Source: Obrimoposthia wandeli
Lineage: Eukaryota
DNA: 64,000 bases
Assembly (NCBI GenBank): GCA_977020255.1
Contig: CDROCS010002342.1
Span: forward strand, 310,001 to 374,000
Reading direction: 5' to 3'
A model generated the notes under the pieces. That model was given only the letters and a program-made list of their open reading frames with translations. It was not told the DNA's origin and ran no database searches. Numbering within the stretch: position 1 is the first letter of the stretch; each line of letters opens with the position of its first letter. A program made the translations under genes and the position numbers. Below, one piece after another: positions 42,001-54,757 of this stretch.

Positions 42001-42700
42001 TTAAAAGATCATGAATCAAAGAGATATATTGAGAATTATAGTGGACGTTGATATTCCTGACACAAAATATTGGGAATGGTTTGAGGACGAGGAGAAAGAT
42101 GTATTGATTATTTATTTAAATTTTAAGATATAAAACGATTTTATAATTTTAAAATTTAAACTTTACAATTAATCAAAACTCAACTCTCTTTGGAAATGCA
42201 TTAGGCTGATATGCTCTTGATCATGAAAATCGATATGAAATCAATTTCAATTTTTCATTTTCATATTTATCACATTAAGTTCAGGCTTTTCCCTTCCCAG
42301 GCTTCATTACCACCAGCATCATAAAAAATAATCGTCATCATCATACTTATTATCAACATAACATAAGAATATATATTCATACATATTTGGCATATATTAA
42401 GCATAGATTCGTCGTCAATTTAATATTATTAACATATAAAATTAATTTGAATATGGATTCAACATGTAAATATTATTAAATTATTTTTTTATTTTTAAAT
42501 ATTATTAAATCTTTTTGGTTATTTCAATTTATAATCAATTTAACAGATTCCACTAAAACGAAATTGAGAAATCAAATAGAAGTTATAACAATATTTTCAT
42601 AATTTGTAAAATTTGTATTTCAATTATCCTTTTCCCCACCTAACACAAATTTAAAACTTTGGATTGGAGCATTGGTATTTTGTGAGCTGAGTATCATTTT

Positions 42701-44275
42701 TGTTGGGGTTTCTATATGAAACTGTGTTCTAACATAGATCCTCTTTAGTGGAGGGCCCCAACGTGAGTTCTATAGAAGCAGGACTTAAAGATGTTTGTGG
42801 CCTACTTAATGTTATGCTTGCCTGTCTCTAAGTTTATCTGAAGGTTTGTTGTTTCTATTTTGGAAGGGTCTATAACACGCTGTCTAGTTGTAGGAAATCT
42901 TTTATTACTAAACACACTAACTAAACACGTCCTAACTACGTTCTAAAAATGACAAACTATTCCTAAGACTTTTTACAAAGTCTCTACACAAGTGGGGATG
43001 ATCCACGTATCGATTTTAAGTTTATGTTTGTTTTAGTTGCTAGAGTCTTTACTCTAAAAATAGGGATTGATTTTAGAGAGCTGATGCTCTAAAATAGGGA
43101 ATGAGTTTAGAGAGCTAAGTTTATCGAATGTAAAATTAACTTCTTTTTCTCTCAGTTTATCAAATATAAAATCAACTTCTTTTTCCTTAGTTTAACACAA
43201 ATTAGTTACCAAAACAATAATGCAAATTCAGTTTATCAAATGTAAAATCAACTTCTTTTTCTTTAGTTTAACAGAAAAATGAGTTACCAAACAATAATGT
43301 AAATTCAGTACATCAAATGTAAAATCAACTTCTTTTTCTTTAAAAACTTCAATTTAGTATAACAACTAATATAGCAATTTTATGAGTTACGTTTTTACCT
43401 CTAGTTCTTCCTTTGTTCCGCTAATTGATCTCGACTCTCGTCCCAATTCTGGTAGTTGCACGATTTAGTTGCACGATTTAGTTGCACGATTCAGTTGCAC
43501 GATTCCGTTGCGCGATTCAGTTGCGCGATTCAATTGCACGATTTAGTTGCACGATTTAGTTGCACGATTCAGTTGCACGATTCCGTTGCGCGATTCAATT
43601 GCACGATTTAGTTGCCCGATTTAGTTGTGTCCCTGCAAGTCCAAATCTTGCTTTTATAGGATTCTACTAAATTCTCTCTTAAGAAAATTAATTAATGGCA
43701 CTTAGCTAAGTGCACTTACTATCGTCTATCTCCGGAGCAGTCTGGGATCCGGTTGACGGTTCGCACTTAGTAGTCTCGAGTCAGCTGGATCAATTCTCAG
43801 CTACAAAGCGAAATCTGAGCTCCTGTTGATATATTAAATTGATAGTACTCAACTAAATTATACTTCTCCTTGCTGCTTGTCGGTTGCTGGAGAGTGCCGG
43901 CTGGATCAATTCTCAGCTACAAATGTATTGGAGTCTGGGACTAAGTGCGTCAGTGGTATGGTTTCCACGGTTTGTTACTTACTTCTTCTTGTTTTTCGTT
44001 AATTGCCTTTTCTTGATTTCTGTTAGTTACTTTTCTTTTTCTTAATTAACTCCATATATTTCTCATTTTTGGGGCCTTTTTGATTAACTTTAACTTCTTT
44101 ATATATTACACATTAAACATGACCTAACCAGGTCCTAATATTTTCCCGCTAATTTTATCTTTGAATTTAATTCTTATAATTAATTTATCCTAATTTATAA
44201 CCTTGCTTTCAAGGATTTTTATTTCAATATAAATAGTTTAATTATTTTAATTAATTTTAAAACCTAATCTTAACA
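42701..44275. mobile_element. Family A element A7 (alpha) with 13-bp GTTGCACGATTYA x~13 repeat (43455-43625)
   Basis: TG...CA; TSD TTTT/TTTT. Confidence 0.9.
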
Positions 44276-44301
44276 TTTTAAAGCTCATCATTTTACGAAA
44301 T

Positions 44302-45885
44302 TGTTGAGACTACAGTTATTTAATTTCTTCTGAAATCATCTAGTTCGTGAGTTCTTAATTGTATATAACTTGTGTGGAAGGTTTATCCTATGTAATCTCA
44401 AAATTTGAAGGTTAGTTGTTTTGGGTGTGTAGATGATCGTATTATAAAACACACAAATCGTAGCAGAGTTTAAATTTAATTTCAGTATACGTGTTGGGGT
44501 TTTCTAATAAAACCTGATTATTAGAATCCTCGTATGGAGGCCCCCAACGTGATTTCTGTAGTAATATGGCTTACATATGGATGTGGCCTACCTATTTTCA
44601 ATTATCTGAAAGTTTGACTCACTATCTAAAGGTTTTCTATTTGTGCTGCTTTTTTGTTTTGTAGATACTGTGTTTAGGGTAACTGGGGGACCCTAAAACT
44701 ATTGTTTTGTTGTGTAGGATTAATGTACAAGCCAGTTAGGCCGATTTAGATTTTCGATTCAAAAAGGGTTTGTGATACACATCACATAACAATTAGCAAA
44801 ACTAAACAAGAACCAATCGACATTGACAATATTCCTCTGAATATATCAGGGTTTGGACTACCGTTTTGCTGGTTAATTCTCGGCTAACCCATATATGAAT
44901 CGTCCTCGGTGTACTAATCCCGTTTGCAGGGTTATAAGAACAAGTTATGATCGAGCTTTTACTATTGTTCTTTATTTAGGTAACACACTGTGGAATGAGT
45001 TTTAAACAGAAACCACAACTAGTTCTCCACTTATACTCCTCTTAATTCGCAAATACTCAATGGTGGCACTCCTATCGTCTTAGTTATAATTCTTGAAACA
45101 CGTATTATTAAAAAATTATTATTGGGAAATAACTTATTAATGTTGAGTGAATTACTAAATTGATACAGATTATTACTGTAAATGAATATTAAACAATCAC
45201 TAATTGATACAGATTATTACTGTAAATGGATATTAAACAATCACTAATTGAATCAGATTATTACTGTAAATGAATACTAAACAATTACAAAACTGATAGA
45301 TAGTTGTCCTTATGTGCTTGACAGTTAACTTCGGAATTCGTTCTGATGTTGTCCTCACTGTGTGATAAATGTTCCAACGATTGTATGATCCTCTACTGCG
45401 TCTTGTAACTACGATTCACTTCTGGAATACTGGATATCATCGATATTACTGCAGTCCGGATCTGATAATTGCATAATAAATCGACTGCATTTTTATAATG
45501 TGACTTGCGTTTCTGCGCTTACTAATTCGATCGAAATTTGCAGATAAATTATTGATTCTATTTTTAGAGTTTTTACGTTGTCACTTATTTCTTCTAGTCT
45601 CAATTTTCTTCAGCGTTTTTTCATTTTCCTTGTACTTATATACATATCTCATGACCTCTCAAGGTCTCAATTTATTTAGTAAACACATCCTAATTTATTT
45701 CTAAAATGTATTTTCTTTTAATTTGTTTTATTCTAACCTTCAATATTTCGAGGTTAATTTAATACTATAAATAAGTATGTATTTATTCATTTTACACTAT
45801 TCCTAATCTAACATACGAAACTAATCGCAGATTACACAAAGCCTGTTTCATGTTTATAAGTAGAAAGCAAGTTAAATATCCAACA
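44302..45885 (+). mobile_element. Family C short element split by A8
   Basis: TGTTGAGACTACAG...CTAGTTCGTGAGTTCT left end; ...ATATCCAACA right end; no TSD recognised. Confidence 0.55.
44492..45813. mobile_element. Family A element A8 (gamma)
   Basis: TG...CA; TSD TACG/TACG. Confidence 0.9.
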
Positions 45886-46970
45886 TTAAGTTATTTGTTA
45901 TATTTTAGGTTATTCCAGATGGGTTCATCTTGTAGGTTAAAAATGACTAAGACCGTCACATATCTGTGATTTTAAGTAGCGTTTAAAAAGACCGTGAAGG
46001 GTTAATGATAACTTTATTTTTCAAAAATTTAAATTATAACAAGTTATATTCTATTTAAATTCAACAAATCGGTCTTACGTTAATGATTGTTCCAGTCGCA
46101 GAAATAATTTATGGCTGTTTTTTTAATTCTATGTTCCTCAAACTTTTGTTAACAACAATTCTTCATGTTTCCTTTTTACTCGTATTTGTTTGTTGCTACT
46201 ACTTATAATCAGCTGCATCTTTGTTACTCTAAATTTCTCACGATTTCCCTCACGTGCCTGAGGCCAATTAACTCTCTTTAGTTTTCTGTCCTTTACGGTT
46301 TCTATTTAAATCCATTTTCTTGGCCAGAACTATAAGTGAACCAATTTTTATTTAATATTTTAACTGAACTTCAACAAATTATTGATTTTTTTTCTTTATA
46401 ATTATGACCTACTAAATTAGGATATATTTTATCAATCAAGTGGGTTGCTATCAACTTAGCGATTTCAACATGTTCTGACTTATCATGTTTGATACTTCCA
46501 ACTCTTTGGTTTGCTCTGAATTAGATCCTGAATCTTAAAACTAGTTGGTGACGGTAAACATTTTAGTTTTTAAAACTAAAATTAAACAATTAATTTTACT
46601 ATCACAACCTACCAATTGTGAAGAAATTTTGGGTTGATTTGCATAATTTGATATTGAATAATACTAAATAGCGCCAACTTTCTACAACCCACTGAATGAT
46701 TAATGAATTGCATAAAATTGAAGTTTAAAATTATAAAATGTTAGTTGAACTCATTTTTGTGTTTAAAGATAACCTGATTTTAATAGCTATTCTATAATTC
46801 TGGTATTCTAACCTGATAGATAAATACAGCTGTGGTTACAACAGTTGATTTGTCAATATTAAATTAAATACCCAGAAAGTACAACTAATCCGTATTTGAC
46901 ACCAATTATTGTTAAAAAAATTGATAATTTGGTTTATTCTACACATATTACAAAACAATATAAAAGTTGG

Positions 46971-47496
46971 TGTTGGAGTTATTTCACTAGTTAGGTTAAC
47001 ACCAGATTTTATGAGTTCTTAACATAATAGATCTTATTGAAGGACCTACCTAAATAACTAAAATATTAATGTTTTTTCTAACAAATTGTGAGTAAATATC
47101 TCTACAGTAACTCGCTATTACTTATTTACGATAAGCAAAACAATTTAAATGATTACTACTTATTTATGATAAGCAAAACAATTTAAATGATTATTACTGA
47201 TGCTCTATTGATTTTAATAATAGGGTAGATTCCTTGGTCTATATAACTTCAAAATGCAAGTTATTCTGAACTACTTCTATAGGGTTTTATCAAAACACGT
47301 TATTATAACCCACTTTTATTTAACACAATAATATAAGTGGTATACAAGCAATAGGGTAGTACAATAGTCAGTTATTTAGATAAAATTAAATTAAATGTGT
47401 AAACTTTAATACAATTTTTATAAAAGATTACTTCAATTAATATTCAAATTCAAGACGATATAAATTGTATCAAGTATAAAACTTATTAGTTTAACA
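46971..47496 (+). mobile_element. Family B short LTR-like element (~0.5 kb)
   Basis: Collinear with 61240-61408 + 63169-63459; TGTTGGAGTTATTTC...TTTAACA. Confidence 0.7.
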
Positions 47497-47512
47497 ATTG
47501 TTAGTGTACTAT

Positions 47513-48847
47513 TGTTAGGGTTTCTATATGGAACTTCTAGATCCTCGTATGGAGGCCCCCCAACGTGAGTTCTATAGCAATAAGGCTTGCAGTTGTTCGT
47601 GGCCTATTTAGATTTTTTTTGCCTGTCTCTAATCTGAAGGTTTTTTGATCTGTGTCGTGGGAGATGTGTAAAGAGTTGTGTGCACGGGTTACTGGAAAAT
47701 TTCCCTTATTGTGGTGTAGTGTATGAAGGGTTGGCACTAGCCTGATTGCAAGGGTTTGTTCAAAACAACACAGCTTGATTGTAGGAAAACTTTATTTTCT
47801 AACTCACTCAAACTACGTTCCTAAAAATTACAACAATTAGTCCTATGTCACTTCACTAAACTTCACACAATTTCTAATCGGAAGGTTTTGTTTACGATAT
47901 GTGTCGTGGGAGATGTGTAAGGAGTTGTGTGCTAAGGGTACATGGAAAATTTCCCTTGTTGTGGTGTAGTGTATGGTGGGTTGATACTTGCCTGATTTCG
48001 AGGGTTCGTTCAAATCCAAGACTCTTTAACCAACTTTTAAATTTCAAAATTCTTTTGAATCAACTTTAAAATGCAAACAAATTCTTTAATCAAATCTACC
48101 AAGATTATTACTTCAAAATTCTTTTAATCAAATCTATCAAGAGACGGCTTCCTCCAAACCTCTCATCTTCATCTTGGACTTCGGGGTATCCTCTCGTCTG
48201 TCGGTTCTTCCTTAAACGTCTGGAAATCAGAATAATAACTTCTCTATTAAAACTCGATTACGTTTCTTCTTCACACTCTGATCCGTTATTGATAACAAGC
48301 AAGGATTTATATTGGTAATTCTGATCCGTTATTGATAACAAGCAAGTGTTGGCTCCACTTTTTTAGAATGCAATTCTTCTGCTCCTTTATATAGTCTCTT
48401 TTTCTAAAAATAATTAAATTGCTTATCTTAAGTGCACCTACCTCGCTGTTTAGATGCCGGCTGACTAATTCGCAGTGTCTTCGTTACTGCACTAATGGAC
48501 TGGCTGCTTCTTCTCAGAGTTCGACTCTAATGGATCGGCTGCTTCTCAGGTTTTCTGGAATTGTTCTTACTTTTCTTCTTAATTACTCTCTATTTCTTTT
48601 TAATTACTCTCTATTTGTTCTTAATTACATTCAGTTCTTTTTGGGCCCTAAACATTTCCTTATATACAACACATCATACACTTGACCTCTTCAAGGTCCT
48701 AAAATATTTGTCGAGTTTATTTCCTCCAATTTTATTTTAATTAAATTTCTATTTAATATATTATTCTTTTAGACTTGCTTCCAAGGTTTTATTTTCTTAT
48801 ATAAATAATTAACTATTTCTAAAAAATTTTAAATCTTAATCCTACCA
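47513..48847. mobile_element. Family A element A9 (beta)
   Basis: TGTTAGGG...CCTACCA; TSD CTAT/CTAT; internal duplication at ~47880-48010. Confidence 0.9.
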
Positions 48848-48899
48848 CTATGATTGTTATATATCAAGTGAGGTTTTTATTGTGCCGTGTCTATGTTTT

Positions 48900-50857
48900 T
48901 GTTGGGGTTTCTATATGAAACTTATAGATCCTCTTGAATGTGGAGGGCCCCAACGTGAGTTCTTATAGAAGCAGGACTTAAGGATGGTTGTGGCCTACTT
49001 AATGTTATAGTTGCCTGTCTCAATTCTTATCTGAAGGTGTTTGTTTTTCGATGTCTCTTAATCTGAAGGGTTTAGAACAATGCTTTCTAATTGTAGGAAA
49101 TCGTTTATTGTTAACACACTAGACTAACACAAAGCAATACGTTTACGTACGTATTTCTAAAAAGTTACAGTAAAATTCCTAAGACTTCTGTAAGTCTCTA
49201 CACAAGTAGGGATGAACCACGTATCTATTTTAAAGTTAAGGTTAGTTGATCCCTAAAGTCTGGACTCTTAAAAATGAGGGTAACTTTGACTTTATAGATT
49301 TGAATCAACTCTAATTCTTCAAAATTTTATACTTTTCAAATTACGATAATTCAAAATCAATTATTTTCTAACTTTATACTTTTCAAAATACGATAATTCA
49401 AATCAATTATTTTCCAACTTTATACTTTTCAAAACACGAAAATTCAAATCAATTCTGTATCAACTTTATACTTTTCAAATTACGATAATTTAATTCAATT
49501 ATTTATCAACTTTATACTTTTCAAAATACGATAATTCAATTCAATTATTTATCAACTTTATACTTTTCAAATTACGATAATTCAAATCAATTCTTTATCA
49601 ACTTTATACTTTTCAAATTACGATAATTCAAATTAATTATTTATCAACTTTATACTTTTCAAAACACGATAATTCAAATCAATTCTTTATCAACTTTATA
49701 CTTTTCAAATTACGATAATTCAATTCAATTATTTATCAACTTTATACTTTTCAAAACACGATAATTCAAATCAATTCTTTATCAACTTTATACTTTTCAA
49801 ATTACGATAATTCAATTCAATTATTTATCAACTTTATACTTTTCAAAATACGATAATTCAATTCAATTATTTATCAGCTTTATACTTTTCAAATTACGAT
49901 AATTCAATTTAAAATCAGATTTCACTAAAACTTAGGAGTGAAAAACAAGTTTACAATCAGTTTAAATTAGCAGTCCACTCTGCCTCTCACCTCGCTCCTG
50001 TCTTCAGTTCCTTGATTTATGGTCCACTGAGAGTGTCTACTACTGGTTCGGAAAACTCCGCAGATTGAGAGAATGTGCTGCGATTGAGCTACTGCGGATG
50101 GTTGTGATGCCTCTGACCTGATGCACTCGTCAGTTGTTTCTGTTGCTACTTTGCTGTCCGATTGCTGGGTATGGTGACGCAGACGAAGGATTGTCGGATG
50201 GATCGATCCGAATTCGTTTCGCGTTTCTTCTCTGTTTCTTTTTTCTGGCAACTCGAGTTACTATGTTGGTATTTATAGAAAGTTACCTCCTAGTTTCTTC
50301 TCTGAACGCCACTAATTGAGTTGCGCCGGGTGTCGCTAATTGAATCCTCTGAAAATGTAGTGGATTAATTTTGCACCTAATTTTAAGTGCTTTACCTTGT
50401 CTGGAATCCTGCTGCTCGAATTCTCGCTCGCTTCTCCGCTGTGACGTTGATTTGCACTAATGGACTCTTGTCTGAGTGCTCTTCTTAATTCTAAGTTTTC
50501 TTCTTTTTTCTTCTCGGCCCTATATGTTGGTTTGGAATTCCTTCTCAACAATTTTCTTCTTAATTGGATTTTTCTTCTTTTTTCTTAATAAACTTTTCGC
50601 AATAATCTTCTTAATTAGATTTTCGTTTTTCTTAATTGATTCTTGTTTTTAGGGGCCTTTTGCTTTTAATTTTAACCTCCTATATACTGCACATCATACA
50701 TGACCTTCGTGGTCCTTAATATTCACTTTACCTTTTAATTTTAACAATTTAATTCTAATATTTAATTTTATTTAATTTATAACCTTGCTTTCAAGGATTC
50801 TTATTTCACTATAAATTCGATTAATTATTTTATTTTTATCAATTCCTAAACCTAACA
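48900..50857. mobile_element. Family A element A10 (alpha, close to A2) with 46-bp x~13 repeat (49325-49910)
   Basis: TG...CA; TSD TTTT/TTTT. Confidence 0.92.
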
Positions 50858-51424
50858 TTTTAAACTAAGGGGATAATAAAAATATAACGCCTTAAATAAT
50901 ATTTTTAATGCTATTTAAAAAAGTTCTATAAAAAAGCATTATATAGTGATATTTTTTAAATGTGATAATAATTTTGTCAACGTGCATTTTTGATACTTAC
51001 TACATGTTTTTTTCATAAAAAAAATAAATCTAAATTGCTCCGACTTTCATGATTCATTGACGATCTTAAGCAAGTCTTAACCATTCTGACATAACAATTA
51101 GATCGTTCATTAGTTGCAATAAACACCGGAAAACCGAGCACGATTTGAATAAGTTTTGTAACAACTAAAACAAAACAAAAATGCGGTGTCTAAAGAAACT
51201 TAAATTACTTACAAGAATAAATAATCACAAGATTGTGCGACAAAATAGAGTGAATTGCATTTTGTTTTGTACTACTGTCCTTCTGTAACGCATTTATCGC
51301 ATAAATATTGATATAGAAAACATGCAAAGGCAACGAACCACCAGAGGCTATCATGAAGGATTTTGAAAGGAGTAGAAATAGGAGGAAAGGCAAAAAATAT
51401 AAAACTAAAAGACAAACATGAATG

Positions 51425-54019
51425 TGTTGGGGTTTTCTAAATATTTACCTTAGAATCCTCGTATGGAGGACCTCAACGTGAGTCCTATAGATATAGGTAT
51501 TATTGATGTTCTAGGCTACCTAGTCTGATTTGTTTGAAGGTGTATTTATGCTGTGTTTGGAATTATATATAGGTTATTGGATAATTTCCCAATAAGTTAG
51601 TGTAGTTTAATGTTGGACTGATTTGTAAAGCAATTGAATTAGTTTGGGTAAGCCTAAACCAAAAATGTGTAATTTTTGAGCCAGATGACTTCTGCAAATC
51701 GATTTTTCCGGTGTATGTGATGGTTTGTTTTTGGACAGATTTGGTCTTGGGTTTCCTCCCAGTATTTTAAATTAATTAACTTTCAGGAGCGTAACGTGTC
51801 TTCAAAAAAAATAGTTGTATTTATTCAACATTTTATTCTATATAAGCAGTAGGAAACTAACACTTAGCGCACATATGCAAAATTAGCAAAACAACAAACG
51901 TACAAATATAACAACTAACAACTTCTTATAACAACGTCTTGTGTCACAGAATAATATGTAATTTTCATTTCCCCGTAATTTCGTCCCTTTTATTTATTTT
52001 AATTTTTAATATTCAGGATTATTAAAATGTCCTTTGTCAGAACTATAAATGTTGGGGTTTCTATATGAAACTAGATCCTCGTATGGAGGCCCCCAACGTG
52101 AGTTATATAGCAATAGCGCTTACAGATGGATGTGGCCTGTTTAGATTTTCCTTACTCATCTTAGTTTCAAGTCTGAAAGTTTTTTGTATTAGTGTATGGT
52201 GGATTGTGGACAGAGTTGTGTGCACAAGGTACTAAAGGGTTCCCTTATTGTAGTGTGGTGTGTCGAGGGATTTATAGTGCCCTACATCTATATGTAGTTA
52301 CCTGAATTAATCCAGTCAACTGTAGGAAAGAACTATATTATTATACCAAACTAAAAATATTTCTAACAGTTTACAACGTAGGGCGTTTAATAACAATTAC
52401 CTTAGTCACACCGAAAAATCGAAGAGCTGACCACCTATTTGATTTTACTTCTTACTCAAGTCCTCCTAGTCAATCAAAATGTGTTTGTCAGTCCAGTCCT
52501 CTGACTAACAAAACAATTTTGCTTCGAACACAATTTAATTGATTTCCAACGATATAGCGTGTCGTTGAAATACAAAATTTCCCGTAATAATTTTAGATTA
52601 GTTCGGTGTCGGCTATTGGGCGTTTAATCAAGTTATTTTGTTTGACTGGTTCAAAATGTCCGTAGTTCGATTAGCCCAGGATTTTCAACGGTAACAATAT
52701 AACTTCTAACTTCAGTTATTGTATCTCTGATTTGTAGTTTATATAAGTTAACTTTCTAAAATATTTGATTAAACTTTCGCTTAAATTTAAGATGAATCCA
52801 ATTCTTAATTACTCAAATGTGTTTCACTTTATATAGGTTTAATTTTCAAATGTTCAATTAACTTTGATTAAAATCAAGACAAATTCGATTCTTAATTACT
52901 CAAAAAAAGGGTTCAATTTATATGGTTTCAAATTCTAAATTCCGTACAGATGATTTGGAGGTCCTGGTGGCTTGAGTCCTCGTCCGTATTTGTTTCGTTG
53001 GCTGGTGGGATTATGCTGTCCGCTCTAGCTCGATTTGCGGTCCTCAAATCGACAGGGCTTCCTACACGATTCGGTCTCAGTTGTAATTTGCGTGGTTCGT
53101 GTTTCTTATCTTGCTGGTGGATCCTGTTACTGCTTCTTCTACTTGTCAACTCTGCTTGGTTGTTTCAACAAATTCTGTTTCTTCTCTTTCATGGGTTTAA
53201 ATCGATTCGAAATTGGTAAATTATGTACCCGTTCGCGACTTTTAGTCCTAATTCTGCCGGTGTAATTAATTTATGTTTTATCTTCTAATATAGAGCCGTA
53301 CAGCAGCTCACAGTTTGTGTTTGTCTATTATCAGACGATTTCTTCCAAATCCATTAATCGGATCTCTGTAGGAATAATTCGTTAATGGATTTTCTTGTCT
53401 ACAATTATACAATCTGTTCGAGATTCCTGGAATGAATAACTGAGCCTCAAATTAATGCATAGATGTCGCAATGTTAATACTGACTTGCTGCAAATATTAC
53501 TAAATATATTATAATTTAAACATGTTTCTTCGTCTTTATTTTATTATTCCTGGAATTACTTATTTCACTTACTGTTTTCTTAATCGGTTGCCGGCTGTTC
53601 TGTTCTCAGCAGCTGGATTCTTCTCACGAATGGCAATTGATTTTCTTGCACTGGCTTCTTAATTAACACTGGCTGCTTCTCGGTTATTGTTAATTTTTTT
53701 TGAATTCCTTGGGCTATTTTAGTAATTTTAAAATCTCTTATATACCTGCACAAGAAACATAACCCTTCAAAGTCCTAAAATTATTAAATCCCATTTTATT
53801 TAATTTAAATTTTTTTAGTTATTTATTTCACTAATTTCACTTTCTTTAACCTTACTTTCAGGGTTATATTTTCTATATATATATATATATATATTAATTA
53901 AAATATTAAAAAAATATTAATTAAAAAATATTTCATTAAATTCGTCCGTTTTTGGACCCATTAACACATTGATTTCTTTATTTTATTATTCTAATGGATT
54001 TTGCTGCGTGAACCTAACA
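51425..54019. mobile_element. Family A element A11 (gamma, degenerate) hosting A12
   Basis: Left TGTTGGGG; right AACCTAACA at 54019; TSD AATG/AATG. Confidence 0.7.
52050..53936. mobile_element. Family A element A12 (beta) nested in A11
   Basis: Left end intact after TAAA; right end degenerate, TAAA at 53937-53940. Confidence 0.8.
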
Positions 54020-54757
54020 AATGTAATATTTTTAATGTTAGCTATTGGTAAAATCCACGTCGTAGAAGCAGTATCGATGGAGTAGCTATCAGCGTGGTAA
54101 TTATTAAATACACCTTCGGTGATGTCATGTTCTTATACAAGACTCATGTTCAGATCGGACACATGGAATTGCGAAGGGTAGAGCTCCACATAAGAGTTTG
54201 TAGAAAACCTTGTTCAACAGTGGTTTCTGTCACACAACTTGACGTATCTGGGTTAACAGTACCACTATTCTCGCATGAGAAGAAACATATGTCGAGGTGT
54301 CGCTGCGTCTTGAGATACTGCAAGCTCTTGCGTTTTCGTGATCACGACCAGAATTGAAGCATGCCAGTTGGTGTTGATTATCAAACTCAGTGGACATCTG
54401 TATCGTGCTAAACTCCACTTATCCCTGCTTCACACAATAGTACGATTCAATTCTAGTATTTATTCATCATTTTATAGTACTGTGTCAATTTTCTTCGCCA
54501 CAAATATATTCCTAAATTTTGATATTTTTAAGTAAATTTCAATTAATGTAATTTATTTATTTTCATTCATTTTAATCGTCATTGTGACCTCGAGTGAAAT
54601 TCAAATTACTTGATATTTTAAATGTATTTAATCCTTATGTTAAATAATAATTAACCATATTTTAGCTTTTCCTGCAAAATTATCTTTCAGCTGAAATTGT
54701 AAATCAATTATTACAATGTCTGGAAATTTGAATATGTAAATTATTCAATCAAGCAAA

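Noticed and set aside
25402-47737. Similar short ORFs (…EGPNVSSIEAG… and …SIELTLG…) at 25402, 32185, 40723, 40800 and 47537
   Set aside because: They are translations of the conserved left arm on either strand; starts are not shared and frames break between copies
21396-53265. 70-160-aa ORFs in element interiors (21520, 26141, 26484, 33247, 49967, 50336, 52928)
   Set aside because: Low-complexity products of strand-biased composition and tandem repeats; no protein-level conservation seen between copies
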